Shown here: piece after piece, positions 28,307 to 37,283 of the stretch | Layout of the letters: each line of letters opens with the position of its first letter | Numbering within the stretch: position 1 is the first letter of the stretch | The notes under the pieces: model-generated | Told to the model about the DNA's origin: nothing | The model's input: only the letters and a program-made list of their open reading frames with translations | Database searches by the model: none | Origin: Burkholderiales bacterium | GTDB lineage: Bacteria > Pseudomonadota > Gammaproteobacteria > Burkholderiales > Burkholderiaceae_C | Length of the DNA: 64,000 nt | Reading direction: 5' to 3' | Assembly: GCA_038227445.1 (NCBI GenBank) | Contig: JBBRPV010000005.1 | Location: 584-64,583 of the forward strand | Made by a program: the position numbers and the translations under genes

Positions 28307-30063
28307 TGCGGCGCTCGTTGGTTGGCGCTCCGGCGCTGGCGTTGCTGGGTGCTCAGATCGGCCTGTTCGTCTGGATGGCCGGGCATGGGCTCGACTTCAC
28401 CGACGAGTCGTACTACCTGCTGAACTACCAGCACTGGCGCACGCTCACGGCCACGTCCACCTTCTTCGGTGCTTACTTTGAGTGGCCGTTTCGCGCCTTG
28501 GGCGGCGACGTTGGCGCAATGCGGATTTTTGGCCTGGTGCTGCTTGTCGCTGCCGGTGGGTTTTTCACCTGGCGGGTATTCGTGTTCAGGCGCGACGCCG
28601 CCGAGCCGGTGCCTTGGAGGTATGTCATTGCGGGCATGGCAGGGTCGCTCTACTACTACAGCTTTGTCACGACGCTGCGGGCTCCTTCGTACAACCTGCT
28701 TGTGCTGTTTTGCATCCTCGTCGCGACTGGCCTTCTTTTGGTGCTGACGGAAGGCCGCAGCTCACGCGAGCGCCTGCTGTGGGTCTCGTTCGGGTACGGC
28801 TTGCTCGTCGGTGCATGCGCGCTCACCAAGGCGACCAGCGCATTGGCCATGGTCGTCTGTCATCTTGTTTTTCTGTTGACCTTCGGGCCGGTGAAGCGTG
28901 TTCCTGAGTGGGTGGCCGTCGCCGCCGCCGGAGTCGCTGCCAACCTGCTCGCATTGCATCTGGCCCAGCCACGTTGGTTCGATGTATTGCGCGAAGGCGT
29001 GTTACTCACCACCACCCTTGATGCGCGCTACACGACGATCCCGTTCGGCGCCCTCTGGGACGCCGTGCTGCGTGGTGCGACCCGCTTGTTGCCGGCGTTG
29101 GCCATCGGTGCATTGGCATTCGTGATCGTGGTGCGGCGCTGTGGGCGGCCGCACCGTTGGGTCATGTCACTCCTGGTTGTGCTGCTTGTCGGCGGCATTT
29201 TTTGGACGATTCAGGTTCAGGGTTATGGCAAGTCCTGGTGGGCTCTGATCGCATTTGGCACGGCCTTGCTGTGGATGGCCGAGAGGCTGTGCCGCGAAAC
29301 GCCCGTGCCGCGCTGGTGCGACGTGCGTGGGGTGGCCGCGCTGACGGTGTTGCTGTTCATGATGCCAATCTGCTATTCGATCGGCACCAACGGTTCGTTG
29401 CCGGCGCACACCCAGATGGCGGCCGTTTTCGCGATCGTCGCGATGATGTTGCCCCTGCGTCGCCTGCACGCGCTCGGCCTGCTTCACGAGCGCGCCTTGT
29501 CGGTCGCACTGGCGCTGATGTGCGTGCCTATGCTCGTATCTCAATGGCGCTCGCTCGGCGACCCCGCCTTTGCCTATCGGTTGCGCAATGGTCTGATGGA
29601 CCAGCAACAGCCCCTTGCTCTCGGTTCAAACGGGCGTGTGCTGAAGATCGACGCGATCACCCGCGAAGGCGTGGTCAAACTCACGCAGAGCCTGGTTGAT
29701 GCGGGTTACCGAACCGGCGAGCCGATCATCGACGCAACCGGCGATGGCCCCGGCCTGGTCTACGCACTCGGCGGGCGCCCGCTCGGCGTGGCGTGGATGA
29801 TCGCTGGCTACCCTGGCAGCGAGCGAGTTGCGGCGCGCGTACTCGATACATTGCCGCCTGCCGAACTGCGACGTGCGTGGGTGCTGACAGCCGAAGACAA
29901 TCCGCGGGCCTTGCGCGGCTTTCCGGAATTACTGATCCAGCGTACCGGCGGGCGCGGGCACGAGCTTGTCGGGAAGGTCAATATCGTTCCCCAGTACCGC
30001 TGGGACGGGCTGCCCGCCTTGCCGGTTTCCGTGTCGCTGTGGAGGCCGTGTGTGCCGGGCTAG
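28306..30063 (+). CDS. Polytopic membrane protein, probable GT-C glycosyltransferase with a C-terminal periplasmic domain
   Basis: DFTDESYY acidic motif after TM1, many TM helices, soluble C-terminal domain; ATG overlaps the wecE stop. Confidence 0.6.
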   Translation: MRRSLVGAPALALLGAQIGLFVWMAGHGLDFTDESYYLLNYQHWRTLTATSTFFGAYFEWPFRALGGDVGAMRIFGLVLLVAAGGFFTWRVFVFRRDAAEPVPWRYVIAGMAGSLYYYSFVTTLRAPSYNLLVLFCILVATGLLLVLTEGRSSRERLLWVSFGYGLLVGACALTKATSALAMVVCHLVFLLTFGPVKRVPEWVAVAAAGVAANLLALHLAQPRWFDVLREGVLLTTTLDARYTTIPFGALWDAVLRGATRLLPALAIGALAFVIVVRRCGRPHRWVMSLLVVLLVGGIFWTIQVQGYGKSWWALIAFGTALLWMAERLCRETPVPRWCDVRGVAALTVLLFMMPICYSIGTNGSLPAHTQMAAVFAIVAMMLPLRRLHALGLLHERALSVALALMCVPMLVSQWRSLGDPAFAYRLRNGLMDQQQPLALGSNGRVLKIDAITREGVVKLTQSLVDAGYRTGEPIIDATGDGPGLVYALGGRPLGVAWMIAGYPGSERVAARVLDTLPPAELRRAWVLTAEDNPRALRGFPELLIQRTGGRGHELVGKVNIVPQYRWDGLPALPVSVSLWRPCVPG

Positions 30064-30102
30064 CACCTCGCAGAGCGGGCGAAGAAACAGCAGGGATCCG
30101 GG

Positions 30103-30828
30103 TCAGCCCATCAGGCCGACGCGAACCTCGTCTCGCCAGCCCCAGATGTACCGCGGTGCCTCGGGGCCCACGTTGAACAACAAGTCGAGAATCGACACGG
30201 CGGGGTCGAAGGGCGGAAATCGCTGCGGGTGGTCGGGGTAGCCGGCGTAGTTTTTCCATCGCAGTTCGACGCTTCGTTCTCCGAAACGCTCAGGCACGAT
30301 GTAGTCCTTGGCCGCCGGCCCTGACAGGTAGCTTGTGGCGCCGGTCTGGCCCACGAGATCGAGCAGACGGTCCAGCTTCTGGCCGCCGGCGCGGTAGTCG
30401 CGCGAATCAGCGAACTCGGTCGTGATGCCCAGGAACTCGCGCGAGACATGGCGGATCAGCGACTGGTTCAATGCCGAGAGCTTGTGCCACTCCGTGCCGA
30501 GGTACACGTGCTCGAAGTACGCGCGGTAGCGCTCGAAGTGCTCGCACTTGCCATAGTTCATCAGCAGCGTACGCCAGTGCCGGGCTTGCCATGCGTGGTC
30601 ACGCAGCTCAACGTCGCAGATCAGCCGGTCGGTCTGTGCCCCGGCCGGGATCGAAAGCCACTGCGTGCCCTGCGCCGTTTTGATGCGGTTGCGATTGCGC
30701 CAGTCGTTTTTGGTGAACTGCGAATCGTCATAAAAGACGAACAGATCGACGTCGTGAATGACATCGAAGTATCCCCGCCACGGAATGTAGTTCGACTGCA
30801 GGACCGCAACGCTGCGTGAGGGCTTCAT
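30103..30828 (-). CDS. WbqC-family protein (proposed glycine transferase)
   Basis: LQSNYIPWRGYF, YDDSQFTKNDWRNRNRIKT, YLSGPAAKDY, SILDLLFN. Confidence 0.88.
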   Translation of the reverse strand: MKPSRSVAVLQSNYIPWRGYFDVIHDVDLFVFYDDSQFTKNDWRNRNRIKTAQGTQWLSIPAGAQTDRLICDVELRDHAWQARHWRTLLMNYGKCEHFERYRAYFEHVYLGTEWHKLSALNQSLIRHVSREFLGITTEFADSRDYRAGGQKLDRLLDLVGQTGATSYLSGPAAKDYIVPERFGERSVELRWKNYAGYPDHPQRFPPFDPAVSILDLLFNVGPEAPRYIWGWRDEVRVGLMG

Positions 30829-30832
30829 GCCT

Positions 30833-31810
30833 TCATCGGTGGATGTCGCGAATGATGTATGTGGGCCGGTTCTGGACCTGGTTGAAGACCTTTCCCAGGT
30901 AGATGCCGACGAGGCCGAGCCCAGTGGTGAGAATGCCCAGCGTCATCGCCATCATCGCCATCATCGACGTGAAGCCGAGCAGGGAATCGTCGAAGAGCAA
31001 CTTGCGCGCGATCAGGTAGCCGGCGTAGCCGAAGCTGGTGAAGGTGATGAGCACTCCACTGTTGAACAGCCACACCAGCGGCTTCGACGAAAACGAACTG
31101 ACCGCGTTCACCATCAGTTGCACCCGTCGCATCAGCGTGTACGTGCTCTCGCCTTCACGCTGCTGCTTGCCGACCGACATGCCCACCTGGCTGAAGCCGG
31201 CCCAGCTCATCATGCCGCCCATGAAGAGGTTGTAGTCACCCATGCTCAGAAGCGCGTCAACAAAGCGCCGCGTCATCACGCGTTCGGTAACCAGGTTCTC
31301 GGGAACCCGGGTGTCGCTCATGTGGTTGAACCCTTTCCAGAACAGGCGGCCGCTGAATCGTTCGAACCAATGGCCCTTGCGTGCCTCCTGGTAGCCAAAG
31401 ACCACGTCGGCGCCGCTCTGTCGCAGCTTGGGCAGGAAGGCCGCCAGCACGGCTGGGCGAACTTCCAGGTCGCAGTCGATAAGAAACACCAGATCACCCC
31501 GCGACTCGCGCAGCCCGGCCTGAATGGCCTGGTGATGCCCGAAGTTGCGCGAAAGATCGATCACCACGAGCTCTGGAATGTCGCTGCGGCGGGCAAGCAC
31601 ATAGGCCAGCGAGTCGTCGGGCGAGCCGTCGTTGACGAGGACGATCTCGTAGCGCTCGCAGCCGGTCGACGCGAGGATCTGCACACACTCTGCGAGAAAG
31701 GTCTCGAGAAAGCGTCGGGATCGATACATCGTGGACACGATGCTGACCTCAGGGAGATCGGTGCTCGTCGATGCGGTTCTGTGCGGCATGATGTTGACTG
31801 TGGCGTTCAT
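30833..31810 (-). CDS. GT2 polyprenyl-phosphate glycosyltransferase, GtrB/ArnC-like
   Basis: VLVNDGSPD, LSRNFGHH, IDCDLE, two C-terminal TM helices, GIYLGKVF..QNRP. Confidence 0.88.
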   Translation of the reverse strand: MNATVNIMPHRTASTSTDLPEVSIVSTMYRSRRFLETFLAECVQILASTGCERYEIVLVNDGSPDDSLAYVLARRSDIPELVVIDLSRNFGHHQAIQAGLRESRGDLVFLIDCDLEVRPAVLAAFLPKLRQSGADVVFGYQEARKGHWFERFSGRLFWKGFNHMSDTRVPENLVTERVMTRRFVDALLSMGDYNLFMGGMMSWAGFSQVGMSVGKQQREGESTYTLMRRVQLMVNAVSSFSSKPLVWLFNSGVLITFTSFGYAGYLIARKLLFDDSLLGFTSMMAMMAMTLGILTTGLGLVGIYLGKVFNQVQNRPTYIIRDIHR

Positions 31811-31845
31811 CTGTCCCCTCGGTCGACGACCTTCGGTGCTCTTGG

Positions 31846-32523
31846 TTATTTCAGGAACGCCCAACCTACCTCCTGCGCCAGCGACGGATGCACGAACGCG
31901 GCAGGACTGAAATAGACCGTCCGCCCGGCCAGCACGGTCGACTCGCATGCCTGCGCGCGCCATGCCGAAAAGTCTGGCGCATAGGATGCGACGGCGTTCA
32001 GCAAGCCCACGCAGCCACAACGAAAGAGCAGTTCCATCAGGGACTCTAGTTCCGGAACCGAAGGCGTTGCAGTGAGAGCCTGAATGATCGGGCGGCCGGT
32101 GTCGAGCTGCTCGTCGACGTGGTGAACCGTTATTCCTACGAACTTCGCCCCATAGTCGAGCGCCCTTCGGACAGGCTTATCGCCGATCGCTCCGGCAAAT
32201 GCCGGCAGCATCGAGTAGTGAAGGTTGACGAGCTTGCCTCTAAAGGCAGCGACCAGTTCGGGAGCCAGGATCCTGTGGACCGTGGTCACGATGACGTCGG
32301 GGCTGATCGCCTGCAACCTCCTCGTCACGGCTGGCTGAGCCGGCGCGGAAAAATCCATCACTTCGGCAGGGAGGCCTCTGGCTCGGGCGAAGGTGTTCGC
32401 CCCGCATTCGCGATCAGAAAGCACTGCGCATATCTGCGCGCTGTTGCACCAGCCCAGTCGGATAGCCCTGTCGATGAATCTGAGGTTGCCACCGTTTCCG
32501 GAACACAGGAATGCGATTCTCAC
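31846..32523 (-). CDS. PurN-like N10-formyl-THF-dependent formyltransferase (probable sugar N-formyltransferase)
   Basis: AFLCSGNGGNL, VNLHYSMLPAF, GITVHHVDEQLDTGRPI; GTG start with AGGAG RBS. Confidence 0.8.
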   Translation of the reverse strand: MRIAFLCSGNGGNLRFIDRAIRLGWCNSAQICAVLSDRECGANTFARARGLPAEVMDFSAPAQPAVTRRLQAISPDVIVTTVHRILAPELVAAFRGKLVNLHYSMLPAFAGAIGDKPVRRALDYGAKFVGITVHHVDEQLDTGRPIIQALTATPSVPELESLMELLFRCGCVGLLNAVASYAPDFSAWRAQACESTVLAGRTVYFSPAAFVHPSLAQEVGWAFLK

Positions 32524-32616
32524 CGGCGTTCTCCTGCGCCCGAGGAGCCGTCTGCTGCACTGGTGTGATCGAAGGCGCGTGACCGCCTGGGTACTTGGCG
32601 CCGCTTCTGTTCAGCC

Positions 32617-33849
32617 TCAGGGGGTGTCATGCACCAACTCCTGCACCCAGCCTTCGAGCTTCGCCATCGAACCTGCACGCCCGAACTCGCGCTCGCCGTA
32701 GACCCGACCGCGTTCGCCCATCGCCGAGCGCTCGGCGGGTGAAAGGCGCATCAGCGATTGCACGCAGCGTGCGAGATCGGCCCCGGCCCCGGCTGCACAC
32801 ACCGCGCCCGCGCCCGACTGCTCGATCACCGCGGCCCCTTCGCCGTCGAGCATCGCAAGGATGGGCAGTCCCGTGGCAAGGTAACTCTGCACCTTGCCCG
32901 GTATCGTCATCGCGAAAGCCGGGTCTTTCTTCAGCGACACCAGAAGCGCGCTGGCGCCGCGGAAGAACGACGGCATGCGCTCGATCGGGTGGCGGCCGAG
33001 CAGCACCACGTTTCGCTCGAGGCCCCGGCTCGCGATTTCGCTGCGCACCCACTCGGCCGCGCGGCCGTCGCCCACGATCAGCCAGCGCAGGCCGGCTTCG
33101 TTGCGCAGCGCCGTGGCTGCGTCGAGGATCGCAGGGAAGTCTTGAGCGTCGCCGATGTTGCCCGCGAACAGCACGTTGAAGGTGTCCGCATACGGTGCCA
33201 CTTCAGGCGCGGGCTGGATCGCGGCCAGCGGCCCTTCGAAGATCGCTTCGGCCCAGCCGGGGAAGTAGCGGATGCGTGAAGCGTCGCCTGAGTATTTTTC
33301 GACGTTGCCGCAGAACGCACGCGACTGCACCAGCACACGGTCGCAACGCCGGTAGATGAAACCCACCAGCTTGCCGACCCAGCCCAGCACGCGTGGGGAG
33401 CGCACCACGCCCACCGCTTCTAGCGTGTCGGGCCAGAGGTCGAGTACCCACATCAGCAAGGGCGCGCCCTTCAGCCGGCGCTGCAGCAGGCCGGGCAGCG
33501 CCAACGTGACCGGCGAGACCTGGAACACGAAGATCGCATCGAAGCGGCGGCCGCGCAGCCGCCACGCGCCGAGCGTCAGGCCTGCCGCGGCAAAGCTCAG
33601 GTAATTCAGCACCAGCCGCACGCTGCTTTTGCCACGCGGCAGCAGCGGCACACGGACGATCTCGGCACCGCTGTAGTTCGAGAAGCCGTTGGGTTCGCGC
33701 GCGAAGGCGGGAAACACCTCGCCTTCCGGGTAGTTCGGAATGCCGGTCAGCACCGTGACCACGTGGCCGCGCCGCACCAGCTCGGTCACGAGATCGTTGA
33801 TGCGAAAGGTTTCGGGCCAAAAATACTGGCTGACGACGAGCAGGCGCAA
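32617..33849 (-). CDS. GT4 glycosyltransferase, WbuB/WbjE-like (L-FucNAc transferase candidate)
   Basis: SQYFWPE, WVLDLWPDTL, FAGNIGDAQ, IPGKVQSYLA. Confidence 0.88.
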   Translation of the reverse strand: MRLLVVSQYFWPETFRINDLVTELVRRGHVVTVLTGIPNYPEGEVFPAFAREPNGFSNYSGAEIVRVPLLPRGKSSVRLVLNYLSFAAAGLTLGAWRLRGRRFDAIFVFQVSPVTLALPGLLQRRLKGAPLLMWVLDLWPDTLEAVGVVRSPRVLGWVGKLVGFIYRRCDRVLVQSRAFCGNVEKYSGDASRIRYFPGWAEAIFEGPLAAIQPAPEVAPYADTFNVLFAGNIGDAQDFPAILDAATALRNEAGLRWLIVGDGRAAEWVRSEIASRGLERNVVLLGRHPIERMPSFFRGASALLVSLKKDPAFAMTIPGKVQSYLATGLPILAMLDGEGAAVIEQSGAGAVCAAGAGADLARCVQSLMRLSPAERSAMGERGRVYGEREFGRAGSMAKLEGWVQELVHDTP

Positions 33850-33859
33850 TCCGAGCCGC

Positions 33860-34993
33860 CTACAAACTTTTGCGCCAAACCACGCGGTTCACGTAGTCGG
33901 TGTAGCTGTGCAAAATGCGCAGCACCTTGGCCGAGACGTTGGACATGCTGTAGTCGGCCACCAGCCGCAGGTCGCGCTGCGCCCCGCGCGCCTGGGTTTC
34001 GAGGATCGCAAGCGCCTGGCGCACGCGCACCGTCTCGAGGCCGACCATCATCACCGCTGCTTCTTCCATGCCTTCGGGCCGCTCGTGCGCCTCGCGCAGA
34101 TTGAGCGCCGGAAAGTTAAGGATCGACGACTCTTCGTTGATCGTGCCGCTGTCGGAGAGCACGGCGCGTGCGTTCATCTGCAGCTTCACATAGTCGAGAA
34201 ACCCAAGCGGCTTGAGCAGCCGCACATTGGCGTGAAAGCTCACGCCCATCGCGTCGATGCGCTTCTGAGTGCGCGGGTGGGTCGAGACGATCAGCGGCAG
34301 GGCGCGCTCTTCGGCCACCGCGTTGAGCACCTCGACCAGCTTCGCGAAGGTCTGCGGTGCGTCGATGTTCTCTTCGCGGTGCGCGCTGACCACGAAGTAC
34401 TGTTGTGGCGTCAGGCCCAAACGCGCGAGAACGTCGGAAGCCTCGATCTTCGGCCGGTAGTAAGCCAAGACCTCGAACATCGGGCTGCCGGTCTTGATGA
34501 CGAGGTCGGGCGGCAGGCCCTCGCGCAGCAGATATTCGCGGGCGATGTCGCTGTAGGTGAGGTTCACGTCGGCAGTGTGGTCGACGATGCGGCGGTTGGT
34601 TTCTTCGGGTACGCGCAGGTCGAAGCAGCGGTTGCCGGCTTCCATGTGGAAGATCGGGATCTTGCGACGCTTCGCCGGAATCACCGCGAGACAGCTGTTG
34701 GTGTCGCCGAGCACCAACATGGCGTCGGGCTGCTCGGTGGCGAGCACACGATCAATCGCAATGATGATGTTGCCGATCGTCTCGGCTGCGTTGCCACCGG
34801 CGCTGCCCAGGAAGTGCGCCGGCTTGGCGACCCCCAGGTCGTCAAAGAAGACCTGATTGAGTTCGTAGTCGTAGTTTTGCCCGGTGTGCACGAGCACGTG
34901 CTCACAGTGCTCGTCGAGCTGCGCCATCACGCGCGACAGGCGGATGATCTCTGGCCGTGTGCCGACGACCGTCAGGACCTTTAGCTTCTTCAT
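33860..34993 (-). CDS. fnlC: UDP-2-acetamido-2,6-dideoxy-L-talose 2-epimerase, FnlC/WbjD/Cap5G
   Basis: [36 protein letters not shown]. Confidence 0.9.
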   Translation of the reverse strand: MKKLKVLTVVGTRPEIIRLSRVMAQLDEHCEHVLVHTGQNYDYELNQVFFDDLGVAKPAHFLGSAGGNAAETIGNIIIAIDRVLATEQPDAMLVLGDTNSCLAVIPAKRRKIPIFHMEAGNRCFDLRVPEETNRRIVDHTADVNLTYSDIAREYLLREGLPPDLVIKTGSPMFEVLAYYRPKIEASDVLARLGLTPQQYFVVSAHREENIDAPQTFAKLVEVLNAVAEERALPLIVSTHPRTQKRIDAMGVSFHANVRLLKPLGFLDYVKLQMNARAVLSDSGTINEESSILNFPALNLREAHERPEGMEEAAVMMVGLETVRVRQALAILETQARGAQRDLRLVADYSMSNVSAKVLRILHSYTDYVNRVVWRKSL

Positions 34994-35023
34994 GTGTGAA
35001 ATCTCGTGGCGGCGCTTCTGTGT

Positions 35024-36169
35024 TCAGCAACTGCGTGCGGACAGCGGCCGGGGCGCGGGAATACCTACGTCAAGCACGACCTTGAGAAGATTCTCGTTGT
35101 ACCTCGCGGTGGTGTACTGACGCAGCGCCGTTAGATGGTTGTGCTGAGCCATAGGCGCGAGTCTCTCGGGCGCGCTAACGATTGTGTTCAGGGCAGCCTG
35201 AAGCGAAGCCACCGAGCGCTTCTCCACGGCCATGCCGTTGACTCCGTCGGCGAATGTGTCGAAGATTCCACTGTGGTCGGTGGTGATGACGGCGCAGCCG
35301 GCGGCGTAGGCCTCAAGGATGCTGATGGGCTGGCCTTCGTAGGGGTAGTAGGTGGGCAGGCAGAACACGTGGGCTGCGGCGAACAAAGCGCACTTTTGCT
35401 CGCCGTGTACGGTTCCGTGGTACCGCAGCTGGGCATGTGACGCTATCTCGGCGAGGAAATCCTGCTTCGCCTGCTCGGACTTGAACCCGCCGGCGAAGTC
35501 GATGCGCAGCGACTCGCGCACCGCGGGCTCGAGTGCCACGAAGGCCCGCAGCAATTCGAGGTGGCCCTTGCCCGGCAAGAGGTTGCTCAGGAACAGCAGG
35601 CGCAATGGGCGCACCTGCGAGAACTTCGCTTTGATTGATTCGCGACTCGCGAACAGCTCGTTTTGCGCAAAGTTCGGAACAACGTGGATTCGCTCGGCCG
35701 GTGCGGCTCCGGCGAACACGTCGCGATGGCGCTCACCCAATACGACGACTGCGCCCAGGCGACGCAAAAACACGGCGTTTAACCGGCGCAGCCAACCCCA
35801 GCGCCCGCGCATCAATTCGCGCATGCCCGCACCGCCGTGCAGGTGCACGACCATCTTGCGTAGGCGCGCGAAGCACACTGCGTAGATCAACAGGTCCTTG
35901 GCGTTTCCGGCCAGCGATTCGGAGATCGTAAAGTAGATGACGTCGGCTGAGCTTTGGAGCGCACGCACCTGACGGATGATCTGGAGCACCTCTCGAATGC
36001 GCGAAGCCGAATCCACACCTTGCTTGAAACTCGCCTTGCTCAGGTTGACCACCTGAACATCGCAGTGCAATTGAAGCTCCTCCAGGAAGACCTGGCAAGC
36101 AAGCGACTGTCCAGTGACAGGGTCGGGTAGCGGCCCGATGAAGAGTGCCTTTGTGCGCGGCAGCGTCAT
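35024..36169 (-). CDS. GT4 glycosyltransferase
   Basis: FLSNL..KG, YEGQPISILEAYAAG (EX7E). Confidence 0.88.
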   Translation of the reverse strand: MTLPRTKALFIGPLPDPVTGQSLACQVFLEELQLHCDVQVVNLSKASFKQGVDSASRIREVLQIIRQVRALQSSADVIYFTISESLAGNAKDLLIYAVCFARLRKMVVHLHGGAGMRELMRGRWGWLRRLNAVFLRRLGAVVVLGERHRDVFAGAAPAERIHVVPNFAQNELFASRESIKAKFSQVRPLRLLFLSNLLPGKGHLELLRAFVALEPAVRESLRIDFAGGFKSEQAKQDFLAEIASHAQLRYHGTVHGEQKCALFAAAHVFCLPTYYPYEGQPISILEAYAAGCAVITTDHSGIFDTFADGVNGMAVEKRSVASLQAALNTIVSAPERLAPMAQHNHLTALRQYTTARYNENLLKVVLDVGIPAPRPLSARSC

Positions 36170-37278
36170 GGGCGCAACTTCATCGCCACGGTGTCGGGCC
36201 GCTCGCGGTCGAACACTTCGTTGGCCCAGAGCATGACGATCACCTCGTCGTCACCGATGTTGGTGATGTCGTGTGTCCAGCCCGGCACTGTCTCGACTAT
36301 GCGCGCTTCGCCGCCGCGCGTGACGATCTCGTGGATCTGCCCAGTTTCGATGTGACGGAACCCGAACTGTGCCGTGCCCTTGATGACGAGGAACTTCTCG
36401 GTCTTGCTGTGATGGTAGTGCCCGCCGCGGGTGATGCCCGGGTGCGCAGTGAAGTACGAGAACTGGCCGCAGTCGGGCGTTTTGAGCATCTCAACGAATA
36501 CACCGCGCGGGTCGCCGTGGCAGGGCACCTCATACGCAAACGATTCGGGGGGCAGGAAGCTGACGTAGGTGGCGTAAAGCGCCCGCACGAGGCCCGTGCC
36601 GACGCGTGGTGTGGTCAGCGTGCCGCGGCTGGCGGCGAAGCCGCGCAGTGTCTCGGCCAATTCGCCGACCGTCGTGGAATGAACCGGCCCGGCCGCCACG
36701 AATCCGCCAGCAGAAGGCGGCGCCGCGAGAAGGGCGGTGAAGGCAGCAACCACGTCGTCGACGTAGATCAGACGCAAACTTGCCGTCGGATCATTGACCG
36801 TGATCGGCAGGCCGCGTGCGATGTGATGGCAGAACGTGGCGACGGCCGAGTTGTAGTTCGGCTTTGACCATTTGCCGAACACATTTGTGAGGCGCATCAG
36901 ATGCACCGGCACGCCAAAGCTGCGGCCATGTTGAAGCAATGCTTCTTCCGCTGCGCGCTTGCTGCGGCCGTAGGGGTTGTCGATCTCGGCCTGGATCGAA
37001 GAGGCAAACACGATCGGCGCGCGGCAGCCCGAGGTGGCGAGCACCTCGCACAACGCTTCGGTGAAGCCGACATTTCCGGTTTCGAACTCGGTCGGGTCTT
37101 TCGGCCGGTTGATTCCGGCAAGGTGAAACACCATGTCGGCGCCTTGCAGGGCTTCCTGAAGTTGAACAGCGGAACTCTTGCGCGTCACGCTGACCACGTC
37201 GGTGTGGCCGAGTTCGTGCAGCCGGACGCGCAGATTGCTGCCGAGGAAGCCATCGGCCCCGGTGATGACGATGCGCAT
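36166..37278 (-). CDS. fnlB: FnlB/WbjC/Cap5F reductase with C-terminal cupin domain
   Basis: ITGADGFLG, HLAGINRP, NVFGKWSKPNYNS, HPGITRGGHYHH. Confidence 0.92.
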   Translation of the reverse strand: MRIVITGADGFLGSNLRVRLHELGHTDVVSVTRKSSAVQLQEALQGADMVFHLAGINRPKDPTEFETGNVGFTEALCEVLATSGCRAPIVFASSIQAEIDNPYGRSKRAAEEALLQHGRSFGVPVHLMRLTNVFGKWSKPNYNSAVATFCHHIARGLPITVNDPTASLRLIYVDDVVAAFTALLAAPPSAGGFVAAGPVHSTTVGELAETLRGFAASRGTLTTPRVGTGLVRALYATYVSFLPPESFAYEVPCHGDPRGVFVEMLKTPDCGQFSYFTAHPGITRGGHYHHSKTEKFLVIKGTAQFGFRHIETGQIHEIVTRGGEARIVETVPGWTHDITNIGDDEVIVMLWANEVFDRERPDTVAMKLRP

Positions 37279-37283
37279 GCGGC

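Noticed and set aside
26637-30102. Site-specific invertible segment (phase variation) around gtrA-wecE-GT-C
   Set aside because: No recombinase and no inverted repeats at the ends; only an 8-bp direct GCGGGCGA match, trivial at this GC content
19584-32523. Phage-like DNA hypermodification system (dTMP kinase plus glycosyltransferase, aminotransferase, formyltransferase)
   Set aside because: No phage, polymerase or base-modification genes; the transferases are membrane and undecaprenyl-linked types
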